A stretch of DNA of 64,000 nt. Origin: Thainema sp. GTDB taxonomy: Bacteria > Cyanobacteriota > Cyanobacteriia > Phormidesmidales > Phormidesmidaceae. The DNA lies in the NCBI GenBank assembly GCA_052168235.1, contig JBQLZK010000007.1, positions 64,001 through 128,000 on the forward strand, given 5' to 3'. Position numbers and translations under genes: made by a program. Below, piece after piece: positions 1 through 10,213 of this stretch. The notes beneath the pieces were generated by a model, which ran no database searches, was not told the DNA's origin, and saw nothing but the letters and a program-made list of their open reading frames with translations. Numbering within the stretch: position 1 is the stretch's first letter; each line of letters begins with the position of its first letter.

Positions 1-1
1 T

Positions 2-487
2 TCAGCGGCTGTAGACGGCAATCGCGATCGCTGGATTGAGGCAGATTTAGACAACTGGTTAGCTCAGCATCGGTTCTACCCTGGCGTGATTGAACGGCTG
101 GAGACCATGCTCAACGCTGACCTAGAGGTTTATATTGTCACGACCAAGGAAGAACGCTTTGCGCGGCAGCTCTTGGCACAGGCCGGAATTGAGCTGTCGC
201 CAGATCAGGTGTTTGGCAAAGCGGTCAAGCAGCCCAAGTACAAGACGCTACTCGATTTAATGCACAAGCATGGGCTAACTCGTGCTGAGCAAGCATGGTT
301 TGTAGAAGATCGGCTGAAAACGCTGCAACTGGTCAAACAGCAAGCCGATCTGGACGGTATTGGCCTATTCCTAGCCGACTGGGGCTACAACATAGAGCGC
401 GATCGCAACTTAGCCCAACAAGACGACATCATTCACCTCATTTCCCTAGACCAGTTCAGCCAACCGTTCTCTGCCTGGTTAACCTAA
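2..487 (+). CDS. HAD-superfamily hydrolase, 5'-truncated by the window edge
   Basis: Frame is open from position 2 (SAAVDGNRDRWI...HRFYPGV). Motifs IVTTK, FVEDRLKTL and LFLADWGYN are typical of a conserved cyanobacterial HAD-like family. Confidence 0.75.
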   Translation, partial: SAAVDGNRDRWIEADLDNWLAQHRFYPGVIERLETMLNADLEVYIVTTKEERFARQLLAQAGIELSPDQVFGKAVKQPKYKTLLDLMHKHGLTRAEQAWFVEDRLKTLQLVKQQADLDGIGLFLADWGYNIERDRNLAQQDDIIHLISLDQFSQPFSAWLT

Positions 488-503
488 CGGATCTGGCTCG
501 GTT

Positions 504-539
504 CCCCTCTCCCGGCGGGAGAGGGGCTAGGGGTGAGAG
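504..539. repeat. CCCCTCTCCC-N3-GGGAGAGGGG...GGGGTGAG short dispersed palindromic repeat between convergent genes
   Basis: 10-bp perfect inverted repeat 504-513/517-526 followed by CTAGGGGTGAG. A degenerate relative lies at 56178-56237. Confidence 0.6.
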
Positions 540-540
540 C

Positions 541-1185
541 TTACCCGTTATTCAATGCCGTCAACGATAGCGTTTCGCCGGAATACAGCCACCGTTCAAA
601 ATTGACCTTGCAGCGGGGCCATTCTTTATCAGTCATGGCAAACCAGTCGGTATCTCGGTTTCGTCCACGCACCATCATGTGCTGCCGAAAGCGGCCTTCA
701 TACAGAAAGCCCATGCGGGCGGCAGTGGTGCGGCTGGCATGATTGAGCGAGTCGCATTTCCACTCCACGCGCCGATACTGATGATGATCAAACAGATGGC
801 AGAGCAGCAAAAACTGAGATTCCGTGTTGACCTTGCTCTTGTGTACTGCAGGCATAAACCAAACATGGCCAATTTCCGCCCGACCATGAGCAGCTGCGAT
901 CGCAAGTAGCGCCACAATTCCCACGGGTGAATCAGTCGCCGCATCAAACACCGTCCACGTCAGCGGATCAGCCTTACCGACCATCATTTGCATCATCCAG
1001 TCCTGCATGGCACTGGAATTCTCAAATGGCCCGTAGAACAGATAGTTCCAAACTGCTTCTTTTTCCGGACTACCGTGTGACCCCACATACAGCGCCTCAA
1101 CGTCCCGCTCCGGCACCAGCGGCTTCAGCGTGACAAATTGCCCCTCAAGTTGAACATGATTTGGAGATTGCCAAGTTTTCTGCAT
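541..1185 (-). CDS. GNAT N-acetyltransferase, RimJ/RimL-like
   Basis: Motifs AEIGHVW, YRRVEWKCDSLN, GFLYEGRFRQ and RNRDTDWF. Start set at MQKTW (1185) because the upstream extension is repeat-derived low complexity. Confidence 0.85.
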   Translation of the reverse strand: MQKTWQSPNHVQLEGQFVTLKPLVPERDVEALYVGSHGSPEKEAVWNYLFYGPFENSSAMQDWMMQMMVGKADPLTWTVFDAATDSPVGIVALLAIAAAHGRAEIGHVWFMPAVHKSKVNTESQFLLLCHLFDHHQYRRVEWKCDSLNHASRTTAARMGFLYEGRFRQHMMVRGRNRDTDWFAMTDKEWPRCKVNFERWLYSGETLSLTALNNG

Positions 1186-1378
1186 CGAATTACTTCCGTT
1201 TTGAAATAGATTGGGGGATTGAGGCTGTAGAGGGCTGTCAAGGCTGTAGAGGGAGTGAGGAAGAAAGGGAGCAGAAGGCAAGGCGATTTTTTAGTACGAG
1301 TTTTGTTGCACTCAGCACTCAGTATTTGAGTAGCAACTTCATCAGTACGACTGTATTCTAAGATTAACGGTAATCGCG

Positions 1379-1410
1379 AATCCAAAATCCAAAATCTAAA
1401 ATCCCAAATC
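1379..1410 (+). repeat. STRR-like heptamer tandem repeat (AATCCAA/AATCTAA)
   Basis: aatccaa aatccaa aatctaa aatccca aatc. Confidence 0.75.
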
Positions 1411-1447
1411 GCTTCACAATCGCCCCTCCGCAACATGCAACGCTCCT

Positions 1448-2698
1448 ATGCTTGACCTCACTAAACTGGCGCAGCAAATGCAGGGCATCAGCCAGCACCT
1501 CACCCAAGAAGCCGAAGCCTCCAAGCGGCGTTTGGACATTGCCGAAGCCCTGATGCAGGAAGCACTCCAGCAGCAAGAGGTACTGGTGCAGCAGCGACAG
1601 CAGTGGCGCGATCGCATGGGCTTCACAGCAGCGGAACCAATTGAACCTCTGGATACGCGCATCAATGTCCCCGTAGTACCGACAGCGCATACCGTAGTCG
1701 CCACAGACGGTTCCCAAATTGCGCCCAACCATCACGAAATTGCCTACTGCTACTTGTTAAATGTGGGGCGTGTCGTGCTGCACTACGGTCAAGGTCGCCA
1801 GCCCATGCTGGATAGCCTGCCAGAAGTTTTCTACCGCCCCGAAGATCTCTACGTTTCCCGCCAGTGGGGCATCCGCACCGAAGAATGGATGGGCTACTGC
1901 CGCACCGTCTCCGAATCCGTCGCCCTCGCCGAACTAGTTGAATGGAGCTTAAGTGCGACCACACCTCATACGCCTCACGCCTCACCCCTCACCCCTCACT
2001 CCTCTTCCCACCAAATCCCCCTCTTCCCCACTCCCCCAACCCTAGCAATGGTAGATGGTTCACTGATCTACTGGTTTTTAGAATCCCTACCCCAGGATGC
2101 CTGCGATCGCATTTTGCCGCCGATTTTAGCGGCGTGGTCAAAATTACAGGCATTACGAGTGCCGCTGGTGGGGTATCTCAGCGCCTCGCGCAGTGGCGAA
2201 ATGCTCAACTTTTTGCGGCTGAAGCGCTGTCCTTATGCCAATCCGGACTGCATGACCCACTGTCCCGGTCAAACTGATCAGGCACCCTGCCAGGTGTTTG
2301 ACCCGCTGCGGGATGTGGCGCTGTGGGCGCGGTTGCTGTCACCGGGACAACGCAGTCCGCTCTGGAAAAGCTCGGCGCGCATTCTAGAGCAGTATGGGGC
2401 ACATGCCATTTACTTTTGCTATGTGCATGTTGGCCCGGAGGTGGCGCGGATTGAGATGCCGGAGTGGGTAGCGCTGGATGCAGAACTGCTGGATACGGCG
2501 CTGAGCCTGAGCTTAGCACAGGTGCATAAGGGATTTGGCTATCCGGTGGCGCTGGCGGAGGCGCATAATCAGGCGGTGGTGCGCGGTGGCGATCGCACTC
2601 GCTTTTTTGCCTTATTGGAACGAGAAATGCTGCGGGCCGGACTACAAAATATTGGCACGTCCTATAAAGAAGCCCGCAAGCGGGGCAGCATTGCCTAG
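1448..2698 (+). CDS. nurA: NurA-domain nuclease (DNA double-strand break repair nuclease family)
   Basis: ATDGSQI, MVDGSLI and GYPVALAEAHNQAVV match the NurA D/D/E-H catalytic motifs. Confidence 0.85.
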   Translation: MLDLTKLAQQMQGISQHLTQEAEASKRRLDIAEALMQEALQQQEVLVQQRQQWRDRMGFTAAEPIEPLDTRINVPVVPTAHTVVATDGSQIAPNHHEIAYCYLLNVGRVVLHYGQGRQPMLDSLPEVFYRPEDLYVSRQWGIRTEEWMGYCRTVSESVALAELVEWSLSATTPHTPHASPLTPHSSSHQIPLFPTPPTLAMVDGSLIYWFLESLPQDACDRILPPILAAWSKLQALRVPLVGYLSASRSGEMLNFLRLKRCPYANPDCMTHCPGQTDQAPCQVFDPLRDVALWARLLSPGQRSPLWKSSARILEQYGAHAIYFCYVHVGPEVARIEMPEWVALDAELLDTALSLSLAQVHKGFGYPVALAEAHNQAVVRGGDRTRFFALLEREMLRAGLQNIGTSYKEARKRGSIA

Positions 2699-2716
2699 AA
2701 GCTCAACTGGGTTTTG

Positions 2717-3544
2717 CTACAGGATTTTTTCGAGTCCATAGACCAGCGATCGCAACCCAACCACTTTGCGAACGCAGAGCAGGACGCCGGGCATAAAGCT
2801 ACTGCGATCGCTGGTGTCGTGGCGCAGGGTATATAGCTGGCCCGGTGCGCCAAACATCATCTCTTGGTGAGCAATCAGACCAGGGAGACGGACGCTGTGA
2901 ATACGGATATTTTCGGGAGCGAGAGCACCCCGCGCGCCAGGAATATCCTCAGATTCTTCAACTTCAGCCGGATTAAAAGTTTTACCCAGTTCGGCCAGCA
3001 TTTGAGCCGTTTTAATGGCTGTTCCACTCGGAGCATCAGCCTTTTGATTATGGTGCAGTTCAATGATTTCAACATGGTCAAAATACTGCGAGGCTTGAAT
3101 CGCGGCCTGTTGCAGCAGTACCATGCCGATAGAAAAATTGGGAATAATCAAACAGCCCACGCTGGCTTTATCGGCAAAATCAGCCAGTTCACCAATTCGC
3201 TCCTCAGTTAAGCCCGTGGTGCCAACTACCGGACGAACACCATATGCGATCGCAGCACGAGTTGTCTCATAAACCGTACTAGGGTGCGTAAAGTCCACCA
3301 TGACAGCATTCTTGCTGGTTTGACTAGCATAGGCCAGCATCCCTTCTAAATCATGGGTAACAGGAATTTCAACTGCTCCAATTCCCGTGATTTCGCCAAT
3401 GTCTTGCCCTTGTAGACTAGGATGCTTATCAATTGCTCCAATCAAGGTCATGTCGTCCGCCTGCGAAACGGCTTTGACGACCTCGCGCCCCATCTTGCCT
3501 GCGGCACCGTTGACGACAACAACGATCTCTTCCTGGTTTGCCAT
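2717..3544 (-). CDS. dapB: 4-hydroxy-tetrahydrodipicolinate reductase
   Basis: GAAGKMG, VVGTTG and [15 protein letters not shown] motifs. Confidence 0.97.
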   Translation of the reverse strand: MANQEEIVVVVNGAAGKMGREVVKAVSQADDMTLIGAIDKHPSLQGQDIGEITGIGAVEIPVTHDLEGMLAYASQTSKNAVMVDFTHPSTVYETTRAAIAYGVRPVVGTTGLTEERIGELADFADKASVGCLIIPNFSIGMVLLQQAAIQASQYFDHVEIIELHHNQKADAPSGTAIKTAQMLAELGKTFNPAEVEESEDIPGARGALAPENIRIHSVRLPGLIAHQEMMFGAPGQLYTLRHDTSDRSSFMPGVLLCVRKVVGLRSLVYGLEKIL

Positions 3545-3709
3545 TTGACCTAAACTCGCTCTCTAGAATCCTTTGAAGCTTGTTTATCTTACTGGATTTC
3601 CTAAGGGAGCGGTAGCGCCATTGTGAACAGCACCACATTTTTGGTGAAATCAACTATAATAGAAGTCAAGCCAATTCGTTCTATAGACGCTTACACCCTT
3701 TATTTGCCT

Positions 3710-4681
3710 GTGTTTACCACTCTTTCTCCCCACAATTCTGTTGAATCCACTGCTTTACCACGCGATCTATTTGGTGCAATTCAAGATTTAAAGCAGGAGA
3801 TGAATGCGGTTATCCTGGCCCACTATTACCAAGAATCGGATATTCAAGATGTCGCTGACTACTTGGGTGATTCACTAGGGCTTTCCCAGCAGGCAGCCGA
3901 AACCGATGCGGATGTGATTGTCTTCGCTGGGGTTCACTTCATGGCGGAAACGGCCAAGATTCTCAATCCCGATAAGCTAGTGCTGCTGCCCGATTTAGCG
4001 GCAGGCTGCTCGCTGGCCGATAGCTGTCCAGCGGATCAGTTTGCGGCATTCAAGGCGGCTCATCCCGACCATATTGTGGTGTCTTACATCAACTGTACGG
4101 CTGAGATTAAAGCGCTCAGCGACATCATCTGCACCAGCTCCAACGCAGTTAAGATCATTAACCAGATTCCAGTCGATCAGCCGATTATTTTTGCCCCCGA
4201 TCGCAACTTGGGTCGCTACGTAATGGCGGAAACGGGTCGAGATATGGTGCTGTGGGACGGGAGCTGCATGGTGCATGAAACCTTCTCAGAGAAGAAGATT
4301 GTGCAGCTCAAAATGGAGCATCCAGAGGCCGAGGTGCTGGCTCATCCGGAATGCGAGGAGCCTGTCTTGCGCCATGCGGACTATGTGGGATCTACAACTG
4401 CGCTGCTGAAGTACTCGCAGCAGAGCGCAAGCCCATCGTTCATTGTGGCGACGGAAGCGGGCATTTTGCATCAAATGGAGCGGCAGGCCGCAGGTAAGCA
4501 GTTTATCCCGGCACCGCCAATGGGCAACTGTGCTTGTAACGAATGTCCCCACATGCGGCTGAACACAATGGAAAAACTGTACCTGGCAATGAAAAACCGC
4601 AGCCCAGAGATTACGATGCCGGAAGATGTTCGAGTGGCGGCACTGAAGCCAATTCAGCGAATGCTAGAAATGAGCAAGTAA
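3710..4681 (+). CDS. nadA: Quinolinate synthase A
   Basis: [27 protein letters not shown] and CNECPHM motifs. GTG start at 3710 (MFTT) preferred over 3623. Confidence 0.96.
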   Translation: MFTTLSPHNSVESTALPRDLFGAIQDLKQEMNAVILAHYYQESDIQDVADYLGDSLGLSQQAAETDADVIVFAGVHFMAETAKILNPDKLVLLPDLAAGCSLADSCPADQFAAFKAAHPDHIVVSYINCTAEIKALSDIICTSSNAVKIINQIPVDQPIIFAPDRNLGRYVMAETGRDMVLWDGSCMVHETFSEKKIVQLKMEHPEAEVLAHPECEEPVLRHADYVGSTTALLKYSQQSASPSFIVATEAGILHQMERQAAGKQFIPAPPMGNCACNECPHMRLNTMEKLYLAMKNRSPEITMPEDVRVAALKPIQRMLEMSK

Positions 4682-4702
4682 TAATTTCAGGCGTTAAAAA
4701 CA

Positions 4703-4740
4703 ACTAAAGAAGGCGTGCCACGTGGCACGCCTTCTTTAGT
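4703..4740. terminator. 38-bp perfect palindrome, probable bidirectional terminator between nadA and recA
   Basis: actaaagaaggcgtgccac|gtggcacgccttctttagt between convergent stop codons. Confidence 0.75.
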
Positions 4741-4754
4741 ACCAAGACAATAAA

Positions 4755-5834
4755 TTATTCCTCTTCGCTATATCCGTCGCCGTTATCATCAGCAGAGCTA
4801 CTTCTACCAGATGCGATCGCAGATGCTCCGGCAATTTCTAGCTTTTCGCGTACCTGTCGCTCAATATCGGTGGCAAATTCAGGATTCTCTTCCATGTACC
4901 GAATCGAGTTATCGCGGCCTTGAGCGATGTTGTCACCGTTGTAGCTGTACCAAGCACCTTTGCGAGCAATGACGCCATGCTCTTCCGCTAGGTCAAGAAT
5001 ACAGCCCAGGGTCGAAATGCCCTGACCAAAAATGACATCAAACTCAGCGATTCGGAACGGGGGAGCGACTTTGTTTTTCGCCACTTTCACCTTGGCCCGA
5101 ATGCCGAACTCCTCAGAGCCTTTCTTGAGCGTTTGAATTCGACGAATGTCGAGGCGCACGGAGGAGTAGAACTTCAGCGCATTACCGCCCGTAGTCACTT
5201 CAGGGTTGCCGTAGGAGATGCCGATTTTCTGGCGTAGCTGGTTGAGGAAAACCACAGTACAACCAGATTTACCAATGTTACCCGTGATTTTCCGCAGGGC
5301 TTGGCTCATGAGACGAGCCTGCAAACCGACGTGGACATCGCCCATTTCCCCTTCAATTTCAGCCCGAGGAACTAGCGCTGCGACCGAGTCAATCACCACG
5401 ATATCAATGGCGGCAGAACGTACCAGTTGATCGACAATTTCGAGCGCCGCTTCACCCGTATCCGGCTGGGAAACTAGCAGTTCCTCAATTTGGACACCCA
5501 GAGCTTGGGAATAGATCGGATCGAGAGCGTGTTCAGCGTCAACAAAAGCAGCAACGCCACCTTGCTTTTGCACTTCTGCGATCGCATGGAGCGCCAGAGT
5601 GGTTTTACCGGAACTTTCCGGGCCATAGATTTCAATGACTCGACCCTTGGGCAATCCACCGCCGAGAGCCAAGTCCAGTGTGAGTGCTCCAGTGGGGATC
5701 GTTTCGACCTTCATCCGGGTCGCATCCCCTAACCGCATGATGGTGCCTTTACCAAAGCTGCGCTCAATTTGGTTGAGCACCATGTTTAATGCTTTATCTT
5801 TTTCAGTATTGCCTGTGGTGGTGGATTTAGGCAT
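4755..5834 (-). CDS. recA: Recombinase RecA
   Basis: [23 protein letters not shown] and [10 protein letters not shown] motifs. Confidence 0.99.
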   Translation of the reverse strand: MPKSTTTGNTEKDKALNMVLNQIERSFGKGTIMRLGDATRMKVETIPTGALTLDLALGGGLPKGRVIEIYGPESSGKTTLALHAIAEVQKQGGVAAFVDAEHALDPIYSQALGVQIEELLVSQPDTGEAALEIVDQLVRSAAIDIVVIDSVAALVPRAEIEGEMGDVHVGLQARLMSQALRKITGNIGKSGCTVVFLNQLRQKIGISYGNPEVTTGGNALKFYSSVRLDIRRIQTLKKGSEEFGIRAKVKVAKNKVAPPFRIAEFDVIFGQGISTLGCILDLAEEHGVIARKGAWYSYNGDNIAQGRDNSIRYMEENPEFATDIERQVREKLEIAGASAIASGRSSSADDNGDGYSEEE

Positions 5835-6054
5835 GAGTGCTCCAAAGCTGGAAATTTTACAAGATCACGTGCAAGAAACGAATCGCCAAGCCGTGCCAAT
5901 CTGCCGTCAGGTTGCCGGGATCTGCCACAGCTTGACATAAGCATAGCGACAGATTCGACATTGGCCTAAAGATCCTAACAATAGATTTCAAGTTTGATCG
6001 TTTACATCATTTACACTGACGGTCAGGCTTAAACGAGATGAATTTCTATACAAA

Positions 6055-6068
6055 CGTACTATAATTCT
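6055..6068. promoter_or_regulatory. Candidate cyanobacterial LexA box in the recA/xseA divergent promoter
   Basis: CGTAC-TATA-ATTCT is an imperfect match to the cyanobacterial RGTAC-N4-GTWCB box, and the position upstream of recA is the expected one. Confidence 0.4.
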
Positions 6069-6198
6069 ACTCAAAAATCGACTAAATTGGTTTTGCTGTA
6101 CTAGTCTTTCCTAACATTCATCTGACGGGGTTGAGATCTAGTATCATGCAACTTCACAGCTAGCCCCAAATCTAGAGCCAAAGTTTAGAACCTGCCCC

Positions 6199-7458
6199 AT
6201 GACTTCAACATTTCGCCATCTGGCCGTTTTAGACCGCGCCGTCAGCGTGGGAGGACTCACCGAGTATATTCGTGAGCTACTGGAAGAGGATCACCAACTG
6301 CATCAGGTTTGGGTGACGGGCGAAGTCTCCAGCGCCAAACCGCACCGCAGCGGGTTGTTTTTCACGCTGCAAGATCCCGATACGGGAGCATCAATTGATG
6401 CGGTGATTTGGCAAAGTCAGCTCAATCAGGTGGCCGTTCTGCCCAAAGCGGGTGAAGAAGTAATTGTGCTGGGCAGTCTGCGGCTCTATGCCAAGCGGGG
6501 TCAGTACAGCCTACATGTGTGGCAGTCGCTGCCAGCGGGTGAGGGACTGCAAGCGCTGCGGCTGCGCCAGCTCCGGTTGCGCTTGGCAGCAGAAGGGTTG
6601 TTTGATGATGAATTAAAGAAGCCATTGCCGTCATATCCGACAACAGTTGCAGTTGTCACCTCGCCCCATGCTGCCGCTTGGGGTGACATTCAGCGGACGC
6701 TGCGGCAGCGCCATCCGGGACTGCGGGTGCTGTTAGCGCCAGCGACGGTACAGGGGGATCAAGCCCCGCGCTCGATTACAACTGCGATCGCACGTGTAAC
6801 CGCCCATAGCCAAGCCGAGCTATTAATCCTGGCACGGGGCGGTGGTGCAACTGAGAATTTAGCCTGCTTCAACGATGAGCGTGTGATTAGAGCGGTGGCG
6901 GAATGCTCAATTCCCGTGATTACCGGGATCGGGCACCAGCGGGATGAAACGCTGACGGACTTGGTGGCCGATGTCTGTGCTCATACGCCGACCGCCGCTG
7001 CTGAGTATGCCGTGCCCTGTCTGGCCGATCTCTATGCTGAGCATCGCTACCGGAATGCTGCATTAGTCGCTGCCGTACAGGATGCATTGCAGTTTGAATG
7101 GGATCGGCTAGCTCAACTTAAGCGAACGCTGCGACACCTCAATCCTGATCGCCAACTGCGTCAAGAACAACGTGCGATCGCATGGCAATATGAGCGACTG
7201 GTACAGGTGACTCAAAATCGACTGGTGCGATCGCAGCAGAAATGTCAGCTTCTGCGCCAAAAGTTAAACGATATTGATCCCAATACGGTTCTACGACGCG
7301 GCTACGCACTGGTGCGCGATCAAAAAAAGGTTGTCCGCTCAACGACAGGATTATATCCAGGTCAGCAATTAACTGTGCAACTGGCTCAAGGGGAAATTGG
7401 CGTTACAGTTGACACAATTTCAGCAGATGTCTCCACCGATCCCAGCGCATCGCTCTAA
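6199..7458 (+). CDS. xseA: Exodeoxyribonuclease VII large subunit
   Basis: VWVTGEVS OB-fold, ILARGGG, GIGHQRD, TPTAAAE and VLRRGYA motifs. Confidence 0.96.
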   Translation: MTSTFRHLAVLDRAVSVGGLTEYIRELLEEDHQLHQVWVTGEVSSAKPHRSGLFFTLQDPDTGASIDAVIWQSQLNQVAVLPKAGEEVIVLGSLRLYAKRGQYSLHVWQSLPAGEGLQALRLRQLRLRLAAEGLFDDELKKPLPSYPTTVAVVTSPHAAAWGDIQRTLRQRHPGLRVLLAPATVQGDQAPRSITTAIARVTAHSQAELLILARGGGATENLACFNDERVIRAVAECSIPVITGIGHQRDETLTDLVADVCAHTPTAAAEYAVPCLADLYAEHRYRNAALVAAVQDALQFEWDRLAQLKRTLRHLNPDRQLRQEQRAIAWQYERLVQVTQNRLVRSQQKCQLLRQKLNDIDPNTVLRRGYALVRDQKKVVRSTTGLYPGQQLTVQLAQGEIGVTVDTISADVSTDPSASL

Positions 7459-7585
7459 GCCCTGTCAGGTTGCTCGCTCCTTCTTGACTTATAACTAAGC
7501 CCCTAAATTGTGGCTACGAAAATAGCTCCCTAGCTCCCTAGCTCCTCTGCCCACCAGAAAAAATAGTTTTAGGAGATTTAAACCG

Positions 7586-7873
7586 ATGGCTAAACGTGCT
7601 CGCTCCACCCAATCCACCCCGACAGCTAACGTGGCTCAACTGGATGACAACTGGCGCTACGAGGCTGCCGTTGATCAAGTTGAGTCCATCGTGAGCCAAA
7701 TTGAGTCCGGTGAACTAGAACTGGCCGAAGTCTTTGAGCAGTTTGGGATTGCAGTCGAGCAGTTACAGCGGTGTGAAACGTACCTATCGCAACACCAGCA
7801 GCAGCTTGATCTTGTGGTCGAAACGCTGTCGGATACCGTCGATGATCGGGCAGAAGCGATAGACGATTTCTAA
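7586..7873 (+). CDS. xseB: Exodeoxyribonuclease VII small subunit
   Basis: YEAAVDQVESIVSQIESGELEL; directly follows xseA. Confidence 0.92.
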   Translation: MAKRARSTQSTPTANVAQLDDNWRYEAAVDQVESIVSQIESGELELAEVFEQFGIAVEQLQRCETYLSQHQQQLDLVVETLSDTVDDRAEAIDDF

Positions 7874-8168
7874 CTGACTTTCTCTAGTGGCTTTTTGCCA
7901 ATCAACTGCCACCCAGCCATCGGGATCAGAGTGGTCAGCGCGATCTCTACCTTGCCAAAGATGCCCAAACCAGGTTTGTGTGGTATGGCTTACATTGCAA
8001 GGAAAGAGCGCCAGTACATTTTGTTCAGCAGCAACATAATTAGTGCCGAAAAAGCGGGGGAATCTACCCGTTTCACAGCGTTGGTAGTCGGATTTACAGC
8101 TACAGGGATCAGGCGGTGTTAACGTTCAGATGTAACGCTAATACCTGTGTAGCAATCCTTTAATAATC

Positions 8169-8594
8169 ATGGCTCAGATTATAGATCCAATTCCGTCAAA
8201 TAACTCGGATAAAATACTGTGCTGCTACGTTAATGCCACGAGCAAGATCCAGATTGCTCGGATTACAAACATCCCAAATTGGTACTTTGAGCGGGTGGTT
8301 TTTCCGGGACAGCGGTTGATGTTTGAAGCTCTGCCGGAAGCACTCCTGGAAATTCATACGGGCATGATGGCAAGTGCAATTCTGTCTGATACGCTCCCGT
8401 GTCATCGCTTAGCACTGGAAGACGAGCCGCAGCCCTTAGTAGAGGATACTGACTTAGAGGGCATCCACTCTGCGTCAAGTGTATCTGCTGCGACTGAGCC
8501 TCAAGCAATGGCTTCGGCTTCAGTCGCAGCGTTATCGGTTGGGGCATCGGTTGGTACGGTGTCCACGGGTATTGAAATTGGGCGCATTGCCTAG
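8169..8594 (+). CDS. DUF1830-family cyanobacterial protein
   Basis: CCYVNATSKIQIARITNIPNWYFERVVFPGQRLMFEA signature. Confidence 0.85.
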   Translation: MAQIIDPIPSNNSDKILCCYVNATSKIQIARITNIPNWYFERVVFPGQRLMFEALPEALLEIHTGMMASAILSDTLPCHRLALEDEPQPLVEDTDLEGIHSASSVSAATEPQAMASASVAALSVGASVGTVSTGIEIGRIA

Positions 8595-8795
8595 CTGAAG
8601 ACAGTTGGCGAAAGTCGATTTGCGATCGCGTTGCCGTTCCCTACGTTAGTATCCAAATCGGCTAATCTCACGCTGAACGATTCAACCCAAGTTAGCCTGT
8701 CATCACAGTATCCAAGCTCCTTCACACACTAGTTTGGTACGTTTGCACAGGTATTTCCAGAAAGGATTCGGTGTTCAATGTGTACCCGTTGCATC

Positions 8796-8824
8796 GGCTG
8801 CATCTTCGTAGATGCAGCCTTTTT
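8796..8824 (+). terminator. Rho-independent terminator
   Basis: ggctgcatct-tcgt-agatgcagcc followed by TTTTT. Confidence 0.7.
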
Positions 8825-8920
8825 ACTGGCTGATGAAGAATCCAGCTTTACGTTCAGATTCAGGTCGTTTTTGTAGTGCGCTCCACACGGCTTCTACAAA
8901 AAACACCGGCCTGGTTCTAA

Positions 8921-9018
8921 GGAACGCGGATCTACCAAGTTGAAATCTTTGGGGTAGGGACACGGCAATGCCGTATCCCATGAATGAAACGGTTTACAGG
9001 CAATTTGATCCGCAATTC
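8921..9018 (+). mobile_element. MITE-like element family A, copy 1 (98 bp, diverged)
   Basis: Flanked by TAA (8918-8920 and 9019-9021), with imperfect TIRs GGAACGCGGATC/GATCCGCAATTC. Aligns end to end with the reverse complement of 37611-37709. Confidence 0.7.
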
Positions 9019-9121
9019 TAAGCGTCTAGCGCTATGACAAGTCGATTTGGGAGGATGTGCTGGAGGGCAAGACGGTTTTAAAGTAAAGTACTTAAGCAGC
9101 AGTAGCGTTTACGAATTTCTT

Positions 9122-9559
9122 TTGGATTTACCGTCTTTCTTATGGCTTTGGAAAATAGCAGCGTGGTCGATGGGATTGTCCATTACGGCCTACTGTATCT
9201 TGGCCGCTAGCGGCGGCTGGATTCTCTACGCTCGGAAAAACAAGCAGTCGCGTCCCAACTGGCTGCGGCCTTTTCACTACACCATCGGCGGCATTTTAGT
9301 AGCTCTGGTGCTGTTGTTGCTCTCAGTTGGCATCATCGGCACACTGGGTTACTACGGCAACTTAGGGCATTCGGTACATTTGCCCGCAGGACTGACCGTT
9401 GTTGCGTTGGTGCTGGCATCCGCTTGGAGCGCCACCCGCATTAGCCCCAAACGACCCTGGGCACGACAGCTACACCTTGGCATCAATGGCGTTTTGCTGC
9501 TGGGTTTTATCGCCGTATTGCTCAGCGGCTGGTCGGTGGTGCAAAAATATTTGCCTTAG
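9122..9559 (+). CDS. DUF4079-like membrane protein (cytochrome b561-like His pattern)
   Basis: MDLPSFLWLWKIAAWSMG start (TTG), four TM segments, conserved His in LRPFH, GHSVH and RQLH. Confidence 0.75.
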   Translation: MDLPSFLWLWKIAAWSMGLSITAYCILAASGGWILYARKNKQSRPNWLRPFHYTIGGILVALVLLLLSVGIIGTLGYYGNLGHSVHLPAGLTVVALVLASAWSATRISPKRPWARQLHLGINGVLLLGFIAVLLSGWSVVQKYLP

Positions 9560-9592
9560 AAAATTTGCTTTAGGATAAAGAGAATTGTTGTT

Positions 9593-10210
9593 GTGAATCG
9601 TTCTGTGTCTGTGTCTAAGATAGCGGCTGAATCCACACATTCCTCTGTGCCAACCACTTCAGAAACCTTTCGGCTTTCGCCGATTGTCCGCATTACGCTG
9701 CTGAGTTTGTACGTAGCGCTGACGGCTCCCTTACCAATTCTGGCCCACGTCACTCACGCCCCGGTGCCACCAACATTATTAGTGCTGGGATTACTGCTGG
9801 GTGCGATCGCACTTTTTGCGGCTCTATCAGAACGAGTCATTGTAGATAAAAACGGCATTCGCGTTACCTATCCGGTCTGGGTACCTGGCTTTTTCCGGCG
9901 CGGCTGGCAGCTCAACTGGTCAGAAATTCAAGCTCTCAAACCCCGCTCGACGGGGCAGGGGGGACTGGTCTACTACTTTGTCAGTCAAGATCAGAAGGCG
10001 TACTTGCTGCCCATGCGCGTCGCGGGGTTTGCCCGTCTCGTCCGCCGAGTTGAACAGGAAACGGGGATCGACACGACCGATGTGCGTCCGCTGGCTCAGC
10101 CCTGGATGTATCTAATTCTGTTTGGCTTGACCAGTTTGCTGTTACTGGTAGATGCCTGGGTCTTTTGGACGGCATCGACAGGTGCGATCTCAACTAACGG
10201 GGCATTCTAA
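9593..10210 (+). CDS. Conserved cyanobacterial membrane protein
   Basis: Three hydrophobic segments and LKPRSTGQGGLVYYF; lies in a same-strand gene run. Confidence 0.75.
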   Translation: MNRSVSVSKIAAESTHSSVPTTSETFRLSPIVRITLLSLYVALTAPLPILAHVTHAPVPPTLLVLGLLLGAIALFAALSERVIVDKNGIRVTYPVWVPGFFRRGWQLNWSEIQALKPRSTGQGGLVYYFVSQDQKAYLLPMRVAGFARLVRRVEQETGIDTTDVRPLAQPWMYLILFGLTSLLLLVDAWVFWTASTGAISTNGAF

Positions 10211-10213
10211 ATC

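Noticed and set aside
8132..8144. NtcA site upstream of DUF1830 (GTA-acgctaa-TAC)
   Set aside because: Spacer is 7 nt; the canonical NtcA site is GTA-N8-TAC.
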